A stretch of 64,000 nucleotides of DNA from Acidobacteriota bacterium (lineage in GTDB: Bacteria; Acidobacteriota; Thermoanaerobaculia; Gp7-AA8). Positions within the stretch are counted from its first letter, which is position 1. The number at the start of each line of letters is the position of its first letter. The position numbers and the translations under genes are program-made. The stretch lies in the NCBI GenBank assembly GCA_021781455.1, contig JAJXWV010000078.1, positions 3,991 to 67,990 of the forward strand. The letters are read 5' to 3'. This document shows, piece by piece, positions 46,318-55,666 of the stretch. The notes under the pieces are model-generated. The model saw nothing but the letters and a program-made list of their open reading frames with translations. It had not been told where the DNA came from and made no database searches.

Positions 46318-46911
46318 TCAAACGATGTACGGGATGAATCGCTTGCGGCTCTTCATGAACGCGGCGTAGGGCTCGCCGATCGCCTCGACCAGCGCGCGCT
46401 CCTCGACCGACACTCGATAGGAGTACACGGCGAAGGAACCAGCGATCAGGATCACTGCGCTGGCCCAGCTGCCGAGGGCGATGCCGATGCCGGTGAACAT
46501 CAGGATGCCGGCGGTGTACGAGGGATGGCGCACGAACCTGTATGCGCCGCGGTCGATGACCGGCTGATCGGCGCGAGCGCGGACATCCCCCGTGAAGTAC
46601 TCGCCCAGGATGCGGAAGCAGTGCCGGCGAAGAAGGCTTGCGGCGATCAGAAGCGCGACACCGGCGCTGAAGGCCGGGACCTGCGCAGCGGCGGGAAAAC
46701 GAAAGAGGCGGAGCGACGCCGCCGGAAAGGCGAGCAACATCCCCAGGAATTGCCCGATCATGATCACGCGGATGGATCCGGCGTCCTTCGAGTCGGGAGC
46801 GGCGGCTGAGCGCCGTCCCCGCTGGACGATCATGAATTCGACGGAGAACGCCCAGAACAGCACCAGCCAGAAAACGACTGCATAAGGCCAGACGAAGACC
46901 AGCGGTCGCAT
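46318..46911 (-). CDS. Isoprenylcysteine carboxyl methyltransferase (ICMT)/phospholipid methyltransferase-family membrane protein
   Basis: C-terminal signature YRFVRHPSYTAGILMFTGIGIALGSW…EERALVEAIGEPYAAFMKSRKRFIP typical of the ICMT/PEMT fold. 4-5 TM helices. Confidence 0.8.
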   Translation of the reverse strand: MRPLVFVWPYAVVFWLVLFWAFSVEFMIVQRGRRSAAAPDSKDAGSIRVIMIGQFLGMLLAFPAASLRLFRFPAAAQVPAFSAGVALLIAASLLRRHCFRILGEYFTGDVRARADQPVIDRGAYRFVRHPSYTAGILMFTGIGIALGSWASAVILIAGSFAVYSYRVSVEERALVEAIGEPYAAFMKSRKRFIPYIV

Positions 46912-47324
46912 GCGCCCTCCGAGTCCGTGTTATGTCGAGGCGAACAGGTTAAGCATCCGCCGGCGGGAGGGCAACTGCGGTCACTCCGCGGCCACGGCGC
47001 CACGGCTCTGGTGGCGGGGCCGGCGAAGCAGAAAGACGAACGGGACCATCGCCACGAAGACGACGGCGATGGCGCGGAAGGCATGGAGAAAGGCCGTGAT
47101 TTCTTCAGGCTCTCTACGCTGCAGGGAGGTGCAGCAGCGTGTCCGCAACCTTCGTCACTTCCTCGACCGTCACTTCCGCGCCCCGACCAGAGATTCGGGC
47201 GCACTGCTGCGCGTCCCTGCCCACTCTTGGGCCTGCTTCAACGCCCTTGATTCAGGCTGAAGAGTCGCGGTCGTCACGACTCTTGCAATCGCCCCAATGC
47301 GTCTTCGTGATTTCCGGCCCGGTG

Positions 47325-49343
47325 ATGTCCTCTCGCGAAATGAAAGAGCCCGTTCCGATTGCCCGCGATCAGCGGGCCGCACGCCAGCGCCATCAGCTCG
47401 AGCGGGAAGGTGTGCCTTACAAGCTCCTGATCGATTCGGTCAAGGACTATTCGATCTTCATGCTCGACCCGACGGGCCAGATCGTCTCGTGGAACGCCGG
47501 CGCCGAGCGAATCAAGGGCTACACGGCCGACGAGGCCATCGGCCGCCATTTCTCGATCTTCTACACGCGCAAGGACCTCGAGAACGGAAGGCCGCAGCGC
47601 AATCTGGAGGACGCGCGATCGTTCGGCCGCACCGAGGACGAGGGCTGGCGAGTCCGCAAGGACGGCACGCATTTCTGGGCCAACGTGACCATCACCGCGC
47701 TGCGCGACCGCGAAGGTACGCTCGTGGGTTTCGCCAAGGTCACGCGCGACCTGACCCTGCGCCGCGAGGCGGAACGGCACCTGCGCGAAAGCGAAGAGCG
47801 ATTCCGCCTCCTTGTCGAATCCGTGAAGGACTACGCCATCTTCATGCTCGATCCCGCCGGCCGCATCGTCTCCTGGAACAACGGCGCCGAGAAAATCAAG
47901 GGCTACAAGGCCGACGAGATCATCGGCAAGCACTTCTCGATTTTCTACACGCCCGAGGACATCGCTCGCGCCAAACCGGAAAAGGAGCTGCGCGTCGCCG
48001 TCGAAGAAGGACGGGTGGAAGACGTGGGATGGCGCGTGCGAAAGGACGGCACGCGTTTCAAGGCCGACGTCATCATCACGGCCGTGTGGGACGAGGGCGG
48101 AGGTCTGCGCGGGTACGCCAAGATCACCCGAGACATCACCGACCAGGAGCGCGCCGAGGCAGAGCGGTCCACGTTGCTCGAGGCGCGCGTCCGCGCCGAC
48201 GAGACCAACCGCGCCAAGGATGAATTCCTGATGACGCTCTCGCACGAGCTGCGCACGCCCATGACCTCGATCATGGGATGGGCGCGCATGCTCGCTGACG
48301 GCCATCTCTCACCCGAGGAGTCGCGAACCGCGGTGAACTCGATTCTGGAGAGCTCCCTGGCTCAGTCCACCATCGTCGACGACGTGCTCGACGTGTCGCG
48401 GCTGATGACCGGGAAGCTGAAGCTTCACATCAGCGTGGTGGAGCCGGAAAAGCTGGCCGCCGATCTCGTGGCCGCCCTGACCCCCGCGGCGCGAGCGAGG
48501 CAGATCGATCTCGTCGCCGACATCGCCCCCGACATCGGCGTGGTGCCGGCCGACGCCGACCGCCTGCGACAGGTCATCTGGAATCTCCTCTCCAACGCCA
48601 TCAAGTTCTCGCCCAAAGGCCGGCCGGTGGTTCTGCGCATGAGCCGCGCGGGATCGAATCTCGACATCCGCGTGGAAGACCGCGGACCGGGAGTGCCCGC
48701 CGAAATCCTCCCCTCGATCTTCCAGCCGTTCGTACAGGCCGACAGCTCCTCGACGCGCCGCCACGGCGGGCTCGGCCTGGGCCTCACGATCGTGCGCAAT
48801 CTCACCGAGCTGCACGGCGGAAGCGTCGGCGTGAAGAACCTTCCGGAGGGAGGGACCTGCTTTCAGGTGCTCATCCCCATCGCTGCACTGCATGCGGTCG
48901 CACCGCCTTTGCCGATCGCCCGCGAAGCGGAAGCTCGTGAGAAGAGCAACAGCATCCGCCTCGACGGGGCCAAGATCCTCTTCGTCGACGATCACGCCCA
49001 GTCACGCGAAGTGGTCACCGCGATGCTCTCGCACGCAGGTGCCTCGGTCCTGGCCACGGCCTCGGTGGCCGAGGCGCTCGACGTGGTCAACGGGCTGCAG
49101 CCCGACCTGATCATGACCGACATCGCCCTCCCCGAGTCGGACGGCTTCGAGCTGGCCCGCGAGGTGCGGGAACGACAGCGCACGGGAGCCCTGCAACGCG
49201 CGCGCGTCATCGCCTTCACGGCATTCCGGCGTGCCGGAGTCTCGAATCCCGACGCGGACACCCTGTTCGACGACTGGCTGCTGAAGCCTCTCGATCCCAC
49301 CGACCTGATCACCGCGGTGGTCCGGAACCTCGGCCGCATGTGA
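47325..49343 (+). CDS. PAS/PAC sensor hybrid histidine kinase (2 PAS, HisKA, HATPase_c, C-terminal receiver)
   Basis: Two near-identical PAS blocks (DYSIFMLDPTGQIVSWNAGAERIKGY…; DYAIFMLDPAGRIVSWNNGAEKIKGY…). H-box MTLSHELRTPMTSI. ATPase boxes. Receiver with KILFVDDH…DLIMTDIALPESDG. Confidence 0.85.
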   Translation: MSSREMKEPVPIARDQRAARQRHQLEREGVPYKLLIDSVKDYSIFMLDPTGQIVSWNAGAERIKGYTADEAIGRHFSIFYTRKDLENGRPQRNLEDARSFGRTEDEGWRVRKDGTHFWANVTITALRDREGTLVGFAKVTRDLTLRREAERHLRESEERFRLLVESVKDYAIFMLDPAGRIVSWNNGAEKIKGYKADEIIGKHFSIFYTPEDIARAKPEKELRVAVEEGRVEDVGWRVRKDGTRFKADVIITAVWDEGGGLRGYAKITRDITDQERAEAERSTLLEARVRADETNRAKDEFLMTLSHELRTPMTSIMGWARMLADGHLSPEESRTAVNSILESSLAQSTIVDDVLDVSRLMTGKLKLHISVVEPEKLAADLVAALTPAARARQIDLVADIAPDIGVVPADADRLRQVIWNLLSNAIKFSPKGRPVVLRMSRAGSNLDIRVEDRGPGVPAEILPSIFQPFVQADSSSTRRHGGLGLGLTIVRNLTELHGGSVGVKNLPEGGTCFQVLIPIAALHAVAPPLPIAREAEAREKSNSIRLDGAKILFVDDHAQSREVVTAMLSHAGASVLATASVAEALDVVNGLQPDLIMTDIALPESDGFELAREVRERQRTGALQRARVIAFTAFRRAGVSNPDADTLFDDWLLKPLDPTDLITAVVRNLGRM

Positions 49344-49349
49344 GCCGCC

Positions 49350-49410
49350 GCCCATCGTGCAGGCTGGAAAGCCTGCGCACGCGAAGGGCAGGCTGGAAAG
49401 CCTGCCCCAC
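49350..49410. repeat. REP-like element: two CAGGCTGGAAAGCCTG hairpins (GGAA loop) plus CCCCACACGGGG; between convergent genes
   Basis: gcaggctggaaagcctgcgcacgcgaagggcaggctggaaagcctgccccacacggggcgg read directly. Same family as 11281-11345. Confidence 0.65.
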
Positions 49411-49419
49411 ACGGGGCGG

Positions 49420-49839
49420 CTAACTCCGGGAGCGCTTCTTTCGTCGCGGGCGGCCGTAGAGGTCGCGCAGCTCGTCCTTGGCGCGTTCCAGCCGATTTCG
49501 CTGCGACGCAGAGAGCTGCCTGCCGGCGCGGTCGATGTAGAAGCTCAGCATCGACATCGCCGAGCGGAACGGTTCGCTCTTCCGGCGATGGCTCTGCTCG
49601 GCCGAACGCTTCAGCGACCGGGCGATGGCCCGCGGATCGGAGCGCGAGAAGACTCCCACTCCCGAGCGCCGCGCCTTCGACAGACCGATGGCGATGGCCT
49701 GCTTCGTGGAGCGCGCGCCGTGCTTCCCCTGCCGCACGTGCTCGATCTCCTCGCGAACGAATTCCCCCGCCTGCGTCGAGGGAGCCTTCCCTTCGCTCCT
49801 GTCGCGTCTCGCTCTTCTGATGGTGTCTCTTTCGGCCAT
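49420..49839 (-). CDS. Small basic hypothetical protein
   Basis: 139 aa, Arg/Lys-rich (…STKQAIAIGLSKARRSG…). No named domain recognised. Confidence 0.4.
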   Translation of the reverse strand: MAERDTIRRARRDRSEGKAPSTQAGEFVREEIEHVRQGKHGARSTKQAIAIGLSKARRSGVGVFSRSDPRAIARSLKRSAEQSHRRKSEPFRSAMSMLSFYIDRAGRQLSASQRNRLERAKDELRDLYGRPRRKKRSRS

Positions 49840-49920
49840 TTGCGCTCCTTCGGTCCCGACGCGTTAAAGGTGCAACCCGCTGGCCAGAACGAGATCCGCC
49901 GGAGGTGGCGGCGCGGCGCC

Positions 49921-50565
49921 TTACTTCGCTGCGGCGTCGAGCGGTACGGCGGCAGCGGCGCCGGTCTGGAGGGTCACGCCGCGGGCGACGAGCTCCGGCC
50001 AGGGATCGACCGCAACGCCCTTCCACCACTGGCCGCCCGGAGGAAGAACGCCGATCGCGAAGTGGAGGTGCGGCGTGTTCGCCGGAGCGTTTCCGGTCGT
50101 GCCGACGTATCCGATGACCTCGCCCTGCCTGAGCTGCTCGCCCTCCGCCAGACCGTCGCGGTAATGGTCGAGGTGCGCGTAGTAGTAGACGCGCCGCGAT
50201 GCGACGTCGAACTCGTAGATCGTCAGTCCTCCGGCCCGGCTCGTGAAGAGCTTGCGAACGCTCCCGTCGACGGCTGCCAGCACAGGAGTGCCGCGCGGAG
50301 CCAGGATGTCGATGGCCTCGTGCGTACGTCCGCCCGAGCGGCGGCCCTCGAAGCTGTCGCGCAGCGCCTCGCGCCGGACGCCGGCCACCGGAATGACCAT
50401 CGTCGCGGAACCAGGCGACTGGAGCGCGGAGCCGTCTGCCGGTTTCGGCAGCACGGGCCCGGAGTGCGCGCCCATCGCATAAACGAGCGCCCCGCCGACC
50501 ACCCAGCCGGAGAGCAGGATCATCGAGGTTCTCACGGCAATGAGAAGGAGCACTCGCCGAGCCAT
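49921..50565 (-). CDS. Peptidase M23 family (LytM-type metalloendopeptidase) with signal peptide
   Basis: HEAIDILAPRGTPV…DGSV…GLTIYEF and YAHLDH…GYVGTTGNAPANTPHLHFAI match the HxxxD…HxH zinc motifs. Start chosen at MARRVLLLIAV; the ORF-track extension is rejected. Confidence 0.8.
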   Translation of the reverse strand: MARRVLLLIAVRTSMILLSGWVVGGALVYAMGAHSGPVLPKPADGSALQSPGSATMVIPVAGVRREALRDSFEGRRSGGRTHEAIDILAPRGTPVLAAVDGSVRKLFTSRAGGLTIYEFDVASRRVYYYAHLDHYRDGLAEGEQLRQGEVIGYVGTTGNAPANTPHLHFAIGVLPPGGQWWKGVAVDPWPELVARGVTLQTGAAAAVPLDAAAK

Positions 50566-50802
50566 CTTCCTGGCGGACACGGCCGTAGCCGGCGGGCTCA
50601 GCGGCGGAGATCTCACGGACGACAGTCTTAGCACATCAGTTCGGGTCGCTCCGTGACCTGGATGCCGGCGATTGTGGAACAGGAGAAGGAGACGCGCAGC
50701 CTCGACGATTGCCATGCGGGATGACGACTGCGCTGTCTCAAGTCTAAGCAACGAAGGCCGGCGACGAGCCGGCCTTCATCATGACTGCATGACCGCGAAG
50801 GG

Positions 50803-51046
50803 TTAGAACACGACGCGCATGGCGTCGAACAGGTCGCGCCGCTCCCACGAGCCGTTCACCGAAATGTGGTCACCGCGATGAGCATTGATTCGGTACCGCG
50901 GGTCGAGGTGGCGGGTGTCGATCTTGACCGCCGCGCCGCTCGCGTCATCGCGCATCCAGACATAGCCGAGGCGCTGAGCTGACCAGCAGCACGAAGGCGA
51001 TGACCATCGCGAACCGTGCCGCAAACCACTTGTTGTATCCCATCGA
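50803..51046 (-). CDS. Candidate small secreted protein split by a 1-nt frameshift (signal peptide in one frame, mature part in the next)
   Basis: AGGAGG lies 8 nt before ATG MGYNKWFAARFAMVIAFVLLVSSA…, which hits a stop at 50945. The adjacent frame continues QRLGYVWMRDDASGAAVKIDTRHL…DLFDAMRVVF* to 50803. Confidence 0.3.
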
Positions 51047-51120
51047 ATAGCCTCCTATTGTGAGCTCGACTTCACAGCGAATACTCGCAAAGGAATTGCC
51101 ACCTTCGAACGAATTTAGGA

Positions 51121-51187
51121 GCTGAGATTGATGATTGATGAACCGCAGCGGCCGTCTTCGGTTCATCAATCATCAATCTCAAATCCA
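51121..51187. repeat. Second copy of the GAGATTGATGATTGATGAACC…GGTTCATCAATCATCAATCTC palindromic element
   Basis: Arms identical to 21508-21584; the central loop differs. Confidence 0.75.
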
Positions 51188-51350
51188 AGATCGTAGGAAT
51201 GACCGCTTTCCGTGACGCACTGTCCTCCCACGGAGATACCCGCTGGCCGGCCGGAATCACCGGTCCGCCGCAAAGTGCTGAAAACACGAGAAGCATCTCT
51301 GGCGCACCGATCGCACAAATACCGTCGGGCCCGTTCGTCCGGAGGTGCCG

Positions 51351-52028
51351 ATGAAACGACTGCTCTGCCTGGCGCTCTTTCTTTTCTGCGCCGCTCCATT
51401 GTTCGCGATCCAGACGAACCTCATCGATGACGTCATCCGCATGTCGCGATCGCACGTCGCCGACGAGACCATCATCGAGTTCGTCCAGAGCAGCCCCGAG
51501 CGCATCTCCGTCACCGCCGACGACATGATCGCCATGACGAGCGCGGGCGTGTCGCAGCCAGTCATCAACGCCGTGCTCGAAAAGGCGAAGACCGCCGCTC
51601 CGACGGACGCGGTACCATCGACGTCGACGCAGTCCCAACCGGCCGCCGCACCAGCTCCCGAAACGACCGGGCAGACTCCTCCGCCCGACCAGGGCGGCTG
51701 CCTCACGTTCGATCCTCCGGTCTCCCTCGTCTTTCCGTTCTACGGGACTTTCATCCCGCCGCAGTTGTGGGACCCGTACTGGTACCAGCCACGGCTCGAC
51801 ATCCGCGGAGGCCCGCCGGTCGCGAGAGCACCCGGGCAGCAGGTGGCTTCGCCGGTCGTGAATCGTCCTTCCGTGGAAGCGCAAAGTCCGCGCGAATCCG
51901 GTGATCGCGGGTCGACAGGCGCCCGAGCGCCGCGTCCTGCCGAGCGCTCCGGCGGTGGTGGCTCCCCATCGCGGTCCGGCGGCAGCAGACCCACGGCGGG
52001 TGGCCACTCATCCGGGCGCAGGCAGTGA
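51351..52028 (+). CDS. Secreted Pro/Gly-rich hypothetical protein
   Basis: Signal peptide MKRLLCLALFLFCAAPLFA. N-terminal ~80-aa folded region, then a low-complexity P/S/G/R tail. Confidence 0.55.
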   Translation: MKRLLCLALFLFCAAPLFAIQTNLIDDVIRMSRSHVADETIIEFVQSSPERISVTADDMIAMTSAGVSQPVINAVLEKAKTAAPTDAVPSTSTQSQPAAAPAPETTGQTPPPDQGGCLTFDPPVSLVFPFYGTFIPPQLWDPYWYQPRLDIRGGPPVARAPGQQVASPVVNRPSVEAQSPRESGDRGSTGARAPRPAERSGGGGSPSRSGGSRPTAGGHSSGRRQ

Positions 52029-52285
52029 TCCGGACTCGCTGACTCAGGGCAACGAGCCCGTCACTCTGAACTAAGCAGATGATTCTTCGCGCGGTGCGCA
52101 GATTTCCTTGCCCCAGGTGACAGTGCAACCGGTCCCCGCCCCGCGGACGGCTTCAATGATCGCCACGCGAAAGTCGCCTCCGCCCCCTCATCCGCCTCCA
52201 TGTTGCGTAAGTTCGCACCGTTCTCTATTTCTGCTCAGCCTCTGAGCAGGCGGAGACGGAACCCCGTCACCCGGCCTAACAAGCG

Positions 52286-53011
52286 CTAGGCAACGCGCTC
52301 CAGCAGCGTCGCCAGGTAGAAGGCCCGGCGGCGCTCCGCCGCGGGCTCGAGGCCGGGAGTGGCGCGAAAGATGTCGTGGATCCGCCGCGTCATCCGCGAC
52401 GGCGGATCGACTGCGAAGAAGAAGTGATCGACCACGAGCAGCAGCCCGCCCGGCTCCAGGATGCCGGCGATCCTGGAAGCCAGTGCGCCCACCACGCCAT
52501 CGTCGAGCGGCAACAGGTAGTAAAGGACGTCCGCCAGAACCACGAGGTCGAACCGCGAGCCTTCGGCCAGCGTGGTGATGTCCGCCTGGACGTACTCGAT
52601 GTTCGGCTGGCCCTGCGACAGCGATCGCGCCTGCGCCGCGGCCTCTGCCGAGAGGTCGATGCCGAGAACGTGATCGGCGTGGGGAGCGAGAAGGCGCGTG
52701 AAACCGCCCAGACCGCAGCCCACGTCGAGAGCACGCCTGTACGGCCGCTTCGGGAGCATGGACAGGAGCGCCTGGTATTTCCGGCGCTGGTATCGGAACT
52801 GCGGGGCCACGCTGGCGTAGGGATCGCTGCCGGCAGCGTAGAGCTGATCGAAAGCCGCAGCCGACGCTCCGTTCGACCGCAGCCTGGCCAGCGCGGCGTC
52901 GGTCCGCGCGCTTCGAATCCAGAAGGCGATGTCGCGCAGAGTCATGAAAAAGTCCCGCGGCTCTTCGCAAAGCGTCTGCCCGGGCACGGGATTCTTGGCG
53001 CTCCCCGACAT
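52286..53011 (-). CDS. Class I SAM-dependent methyltransferase (NodS-like)
   Basis: Motif I ALDVGCGLGGFTRLLA, motif II RFDLVVLADVLYY, motif III LLEPGGLLLV. Start chosen at MSGSAKNP to avoid overlap with the Kdo-transferase gene. Confidence 0.7.
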   Translation of the reverse strand: MSGSAKNPVPGQTLCEEPRDFFMTLRDIAFWIRSARTDAALARLRSNGASAAAFDQLYAAGSDPYASVAPQFRYQRRKYQALLSMLPKRPYRRALDVGCGLGGFTRLLAPHADHVLGIDLSAEAAAQARSLSQGQPNIEYVQADITTLAEGSRFDLVVLADVLYYLLPLDDGVVGALASRIAGILEPGGLLLVVDHFFFAVDPPSRMTRRIHDIFRATPGLEPAAERRRAFYLATLLERVA

Positions 53012-53034
53012 GGCAGCATCGTACCTGACGGAAG

Positions 53035-54267
53035 TCACGACTGCGGCCGGAATCGTGACGCTGCCAGCTCCTCGATCCGGGTGGCACATGCCGCCGCCGC
53101 GCCGCTGCGGGCGACGGCAAACGCTCGTGCGTTTCCGGCCAGCCGGTCACGCTCCGCGCCGTCCCGGAGAAGCTCCTCGATCGTCGCTGCGAGATCGCGG
53201 GCGGTCGTCATCCGGAGCGCACCGGCGCTCTGCATTCCCTGGGCGGTCTCGCGAACTCGATCGACGCACGGGCCGACGACGATCGCGCAGCCGGCGCGCG
53301 CCGGCTCGAACAGGTCGTGGCCACCGACGCCGGCGAAGGTGCCGCCGATGACAGCAATGTCCGCCTGCGCATAGATCGCGGAGAGCGCGCCCATGCGGTC
53401 GACCACCTCCACCCGCCCCGCCGGCCAGAGGGAAGCAACGGTCCGCCGGACGTCGCGCGCCCGGCGCGGATGCCGCGGCACCAGCACGATCTTCGGGTCC
53501 GACCCGGGGGAAAGAGCACGACAGGCCTCGATGACGATCCTCTCCTCGCCCGGATGAGTGCTGGCCGCAACCACCACCTTTCCGGCACGTGAGCCGCGAC
53601 TGGAGCGGTCGTGCGCGATCAGGCAGGCATCGGCTTTCAGACTGCCGGAGATCGTCACCCGTTCCGACGGCGCGCCGATCGCGAGATAGCGCGCCTTCTC
53701 TTCCTCATCGACGGCGAGGATCGCTCCGGCCGTCGCCAGGATGGGCGCGAAGAAGCGGCGGAACAGCCGGTACCACCGCGCGGCAGGCGGATCGATGCGA
53801 CCCCCGGCGACGATCAGCGGAATGCCGCGTCTCCGGCACGCCAGGAAGAGGTTCGGCCAGATCTCCGTCTCGATCACGACCACCGCGTCGGGTCTGATCG
53901 CTTCGAGCCATCGATCGACGCCGCCGCGGCGGTCCCAGGCCCAGGCCGTGATGCGCTCGACCTCAGGATGATGTTGATGGATCCGGAGCGCAGTCCGGCG
54001 CGCGTCCTCGTTGCCGGCGCTGATCGCGAACGACCAGCCGCGTGCCGCGAGCTCGTGCACGATCGCGGAGGCGGCATTCATTTCCCCCGCGGAAACGGCG
54101 TGCGCGAGGAGCCGCGGTCCTGACGGAGCCGGGCTCGGGTCGATGCGTCCCAATCTCTCGGCCAGCGTCCGCCACTTCGATGTCCCGAAGGCGATGCGCA
54201 CGATCTCGAGAGGAACGAGAGCGATCCACACCACGATCTCGATGGCGATCGAGTAGAAGAGGATCAT
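53035..54267 (-). CDS. waaA: 3-deoxy-D-manno-octulosonic acid (Kdo) transferase, GT30
   Basis: N-terminal TM anchor MILFYSIAIEIVVWIALVPL. GT30 N-terminal domain (…HAVSAGEMNAASAIVHEL…VVVIETEIWPNLF…) and C-terminal GT-B domain (…VDRMGALSAIYAQADIAVIGGTF..GGHDLFEPARAGCAIVVGP). Confidence 0.8.
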   Translation of the reverse strand: MILFYSIAIEIVVWIALVPLEIVRIAFGTSKWRTLAERLGRIDPSPAPSGPRLLAHAVSAGEMNAASAIVHELAARGWSFAISAGNEDARRTALRIHQHHPEVERITAWAWDRRGGVDRWLEAIRPDAVVVIETEIWPNLFLACRRRGIPLIVAGGRIDPPAARWYRLFRRFFAPILATAGAILAVDEEEKARYLAIGAPSERVTISGSLKADACLIAHDRSSRGSRAGKVVVAASTHPGEERIVIEACRALSPGSDPKIVLVPRHPRRARDVRRTVASLWPAGRVEVVDRMGALSAIYAQADIAVIGGTFAGVGGHDLFEPARAGCAIVVGPCVDRVRETAQGMQSAGALRMTTARDLAATIEELLRDGAERDRLAGNARAFAVARSGAAAACATRIEELAASRFRPQS

Positions 54268-54544
54268 GCCGAGGCAGCGGGAGGGCGCCAGGCGATGGCC
54301 ATCGTGGCGCGCTGGCGCATTGCAGACCGCAGCGACCGGCCGACCACGCCGCACTCACCGTTCAAGCGCATCGGTCGAATGGTACTGAATTCGCGCTCCG
54401 CTCGGGATCATCGAGTCGAACTTCGATGCCCGACGGTTTCACGGTCACTCTTCGCGCACAAGTCGGAAATGACGCATCGAGCATGATTGGGAAGGCTGCG
54501 GTATGCTGTCGAAAAATCGCAATCGGCCAACGAAGCGAGGTCCC

Positions 54545-55439
54545 GATGAAGATCACGAGGCTGTTGTCACTTGCCCTCTGTCTCGCCGCCGGCGTCATGG
54601 TCCCCTGCTCCTTCGGTCAAAGTCTGATCCCGGGCATGTTAGGCCCCTACAATGGAGCCACGGTAGACACCAACGGCGTTTCCACGGCGACGCCCGACGG
54701 TCCCTGTGCCGTTCCGTCGCGCAGCGGTACGAACCTCACGCTCTACACTCCCTGGAGCGTCGATCCGGTCAACGGCTATTTGTGCGGTCTCGACAGCGTC
54801 ACCGGGAAATACACGGCGATCTGCCGCACGACGCCCGGTGGGCTCTTCCAGATGATCGCCATCACCGGCTATTCCGCTTTTCGTCATGCTCCGGGCAAAG
54901 TCAGCACCTCCGCCGCGGGCTCCTTCCCCAGCACCTTCACGTACACGCAGAGCGGCGTCGGACCGCCGAAGAGCGGGACCGGCCAGCTCGTCGACCAGAA
55001 CGGCGACGGAATCTTCGACGGCATCACCCTGGCCGGACCGGGCCTGAACGTCACCCTGCCGTTCGTCTACGTCGACGTCAACGGCGACGGCTTTGCCGAC
55101 TTCATCAGTATCCCGTGGTCGCAGGCCGCGCTCGTCGGAGTGAACCCGAACAGCAGCGTTCTCACGCCAGGCGCGGGCGGTCCCAATCCACAGGTCTGGG
55201 TTCCGCTCGCCGACACGAACGGCGACGGGAAACCCGATTCGATCATGCTCGACCTCGACGGCGACGGGGTTCCGGACCCGGACGTGTTCTCGTCGCCCGC
55301 GCTCGGCCCGGTCTCCGCGCCGGCGACGCTGGCTCCGTCGACCCCGGTGCCGGCGTTCTCGGAATGGGGCATTCTCGCTGTCATTCTGGCGCTCGCGACG
55401 GTGGGGCTGTGGCAGGTGAAGGTACACAGTCACGTCTGA
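54545..55439 (+). CDS. Secreted Asp/Gly-rich (calcium-binding-like DxNGDG repeats) protein with C-terminal IPTL/PEP-CTERM-like sorting signal
   Basis: Signal peptide MKITRLLSLALCLAAGVMVPCSFGQ. Repeated DQNGDGIFDG / DVNGDGFADF / DTNGDGKPDS / DLDGDGVPDPD motifs. C-terminus PAFSEWGILAVILALATVGLWQVKVHSHV (motif + TM + basic tail). The ORF-track N-terminal extension is rejected. Confidence 0.6.
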
Positions 55440-55477
55440 ACGCCGCGGCGTCCGGCACGCTCACCACGGAAATCCCC

Positions 55478-55666
55478 ATGCGCAGGTGGCTCTCCACGAC
55501 GGCGATTCTGTTTGGCGGCCTGATGTTGACGACGGTCGTGATCCAGTTCGCCGCGATCGGCGTGCTGGACATCAGCTCCGGACGGCTCTTCGCCAGCTGC
55601 GGAGTGGCGGCCGCGCAGGCCATCGCCGTCGCGGCTCTTCTCAGGTACGCGGACGGCAGACAATGA
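55478..55666 (+). CDS. Small 2-TM membrane protein translationally coupled (ATGA overlap) to lpxB
   Basis: [62 protein letters not shown]. Its stop overlaps the lpxB ATG. Confidence 0.35.
   Translation: MRRWLSTTAILFGGLMLTTVVIQFAAIGVLDISSGRLFASCGVAAAQAIAVAALLRYADGRQ

Noticed and set aside
47274-48305. 343-aa minus-strand ORF and 308-aa plus-strand off-frame ORF over the PAS histidine kinase
   Set aside because: Shadow ORFs. The chosen frame contains duplicated PAS blocks plus kinase and receiver motifs.
54042-54544. Long N-terminal extension of the secreted Ca-binding protein ORF (465-aa version) and the 387-aa off-frame ORF 54503-55666
   Set aside because: The extension is Arg-rich junk overlapping the waaA promoter. 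The signal peptide MKITRLLSLALCLAAG at 54545 follows a plausible RBS. Only the last 62 codons of the off-frame ORF (55478-55666) are retained, as a possible small membrane protein coupled to lpxB.
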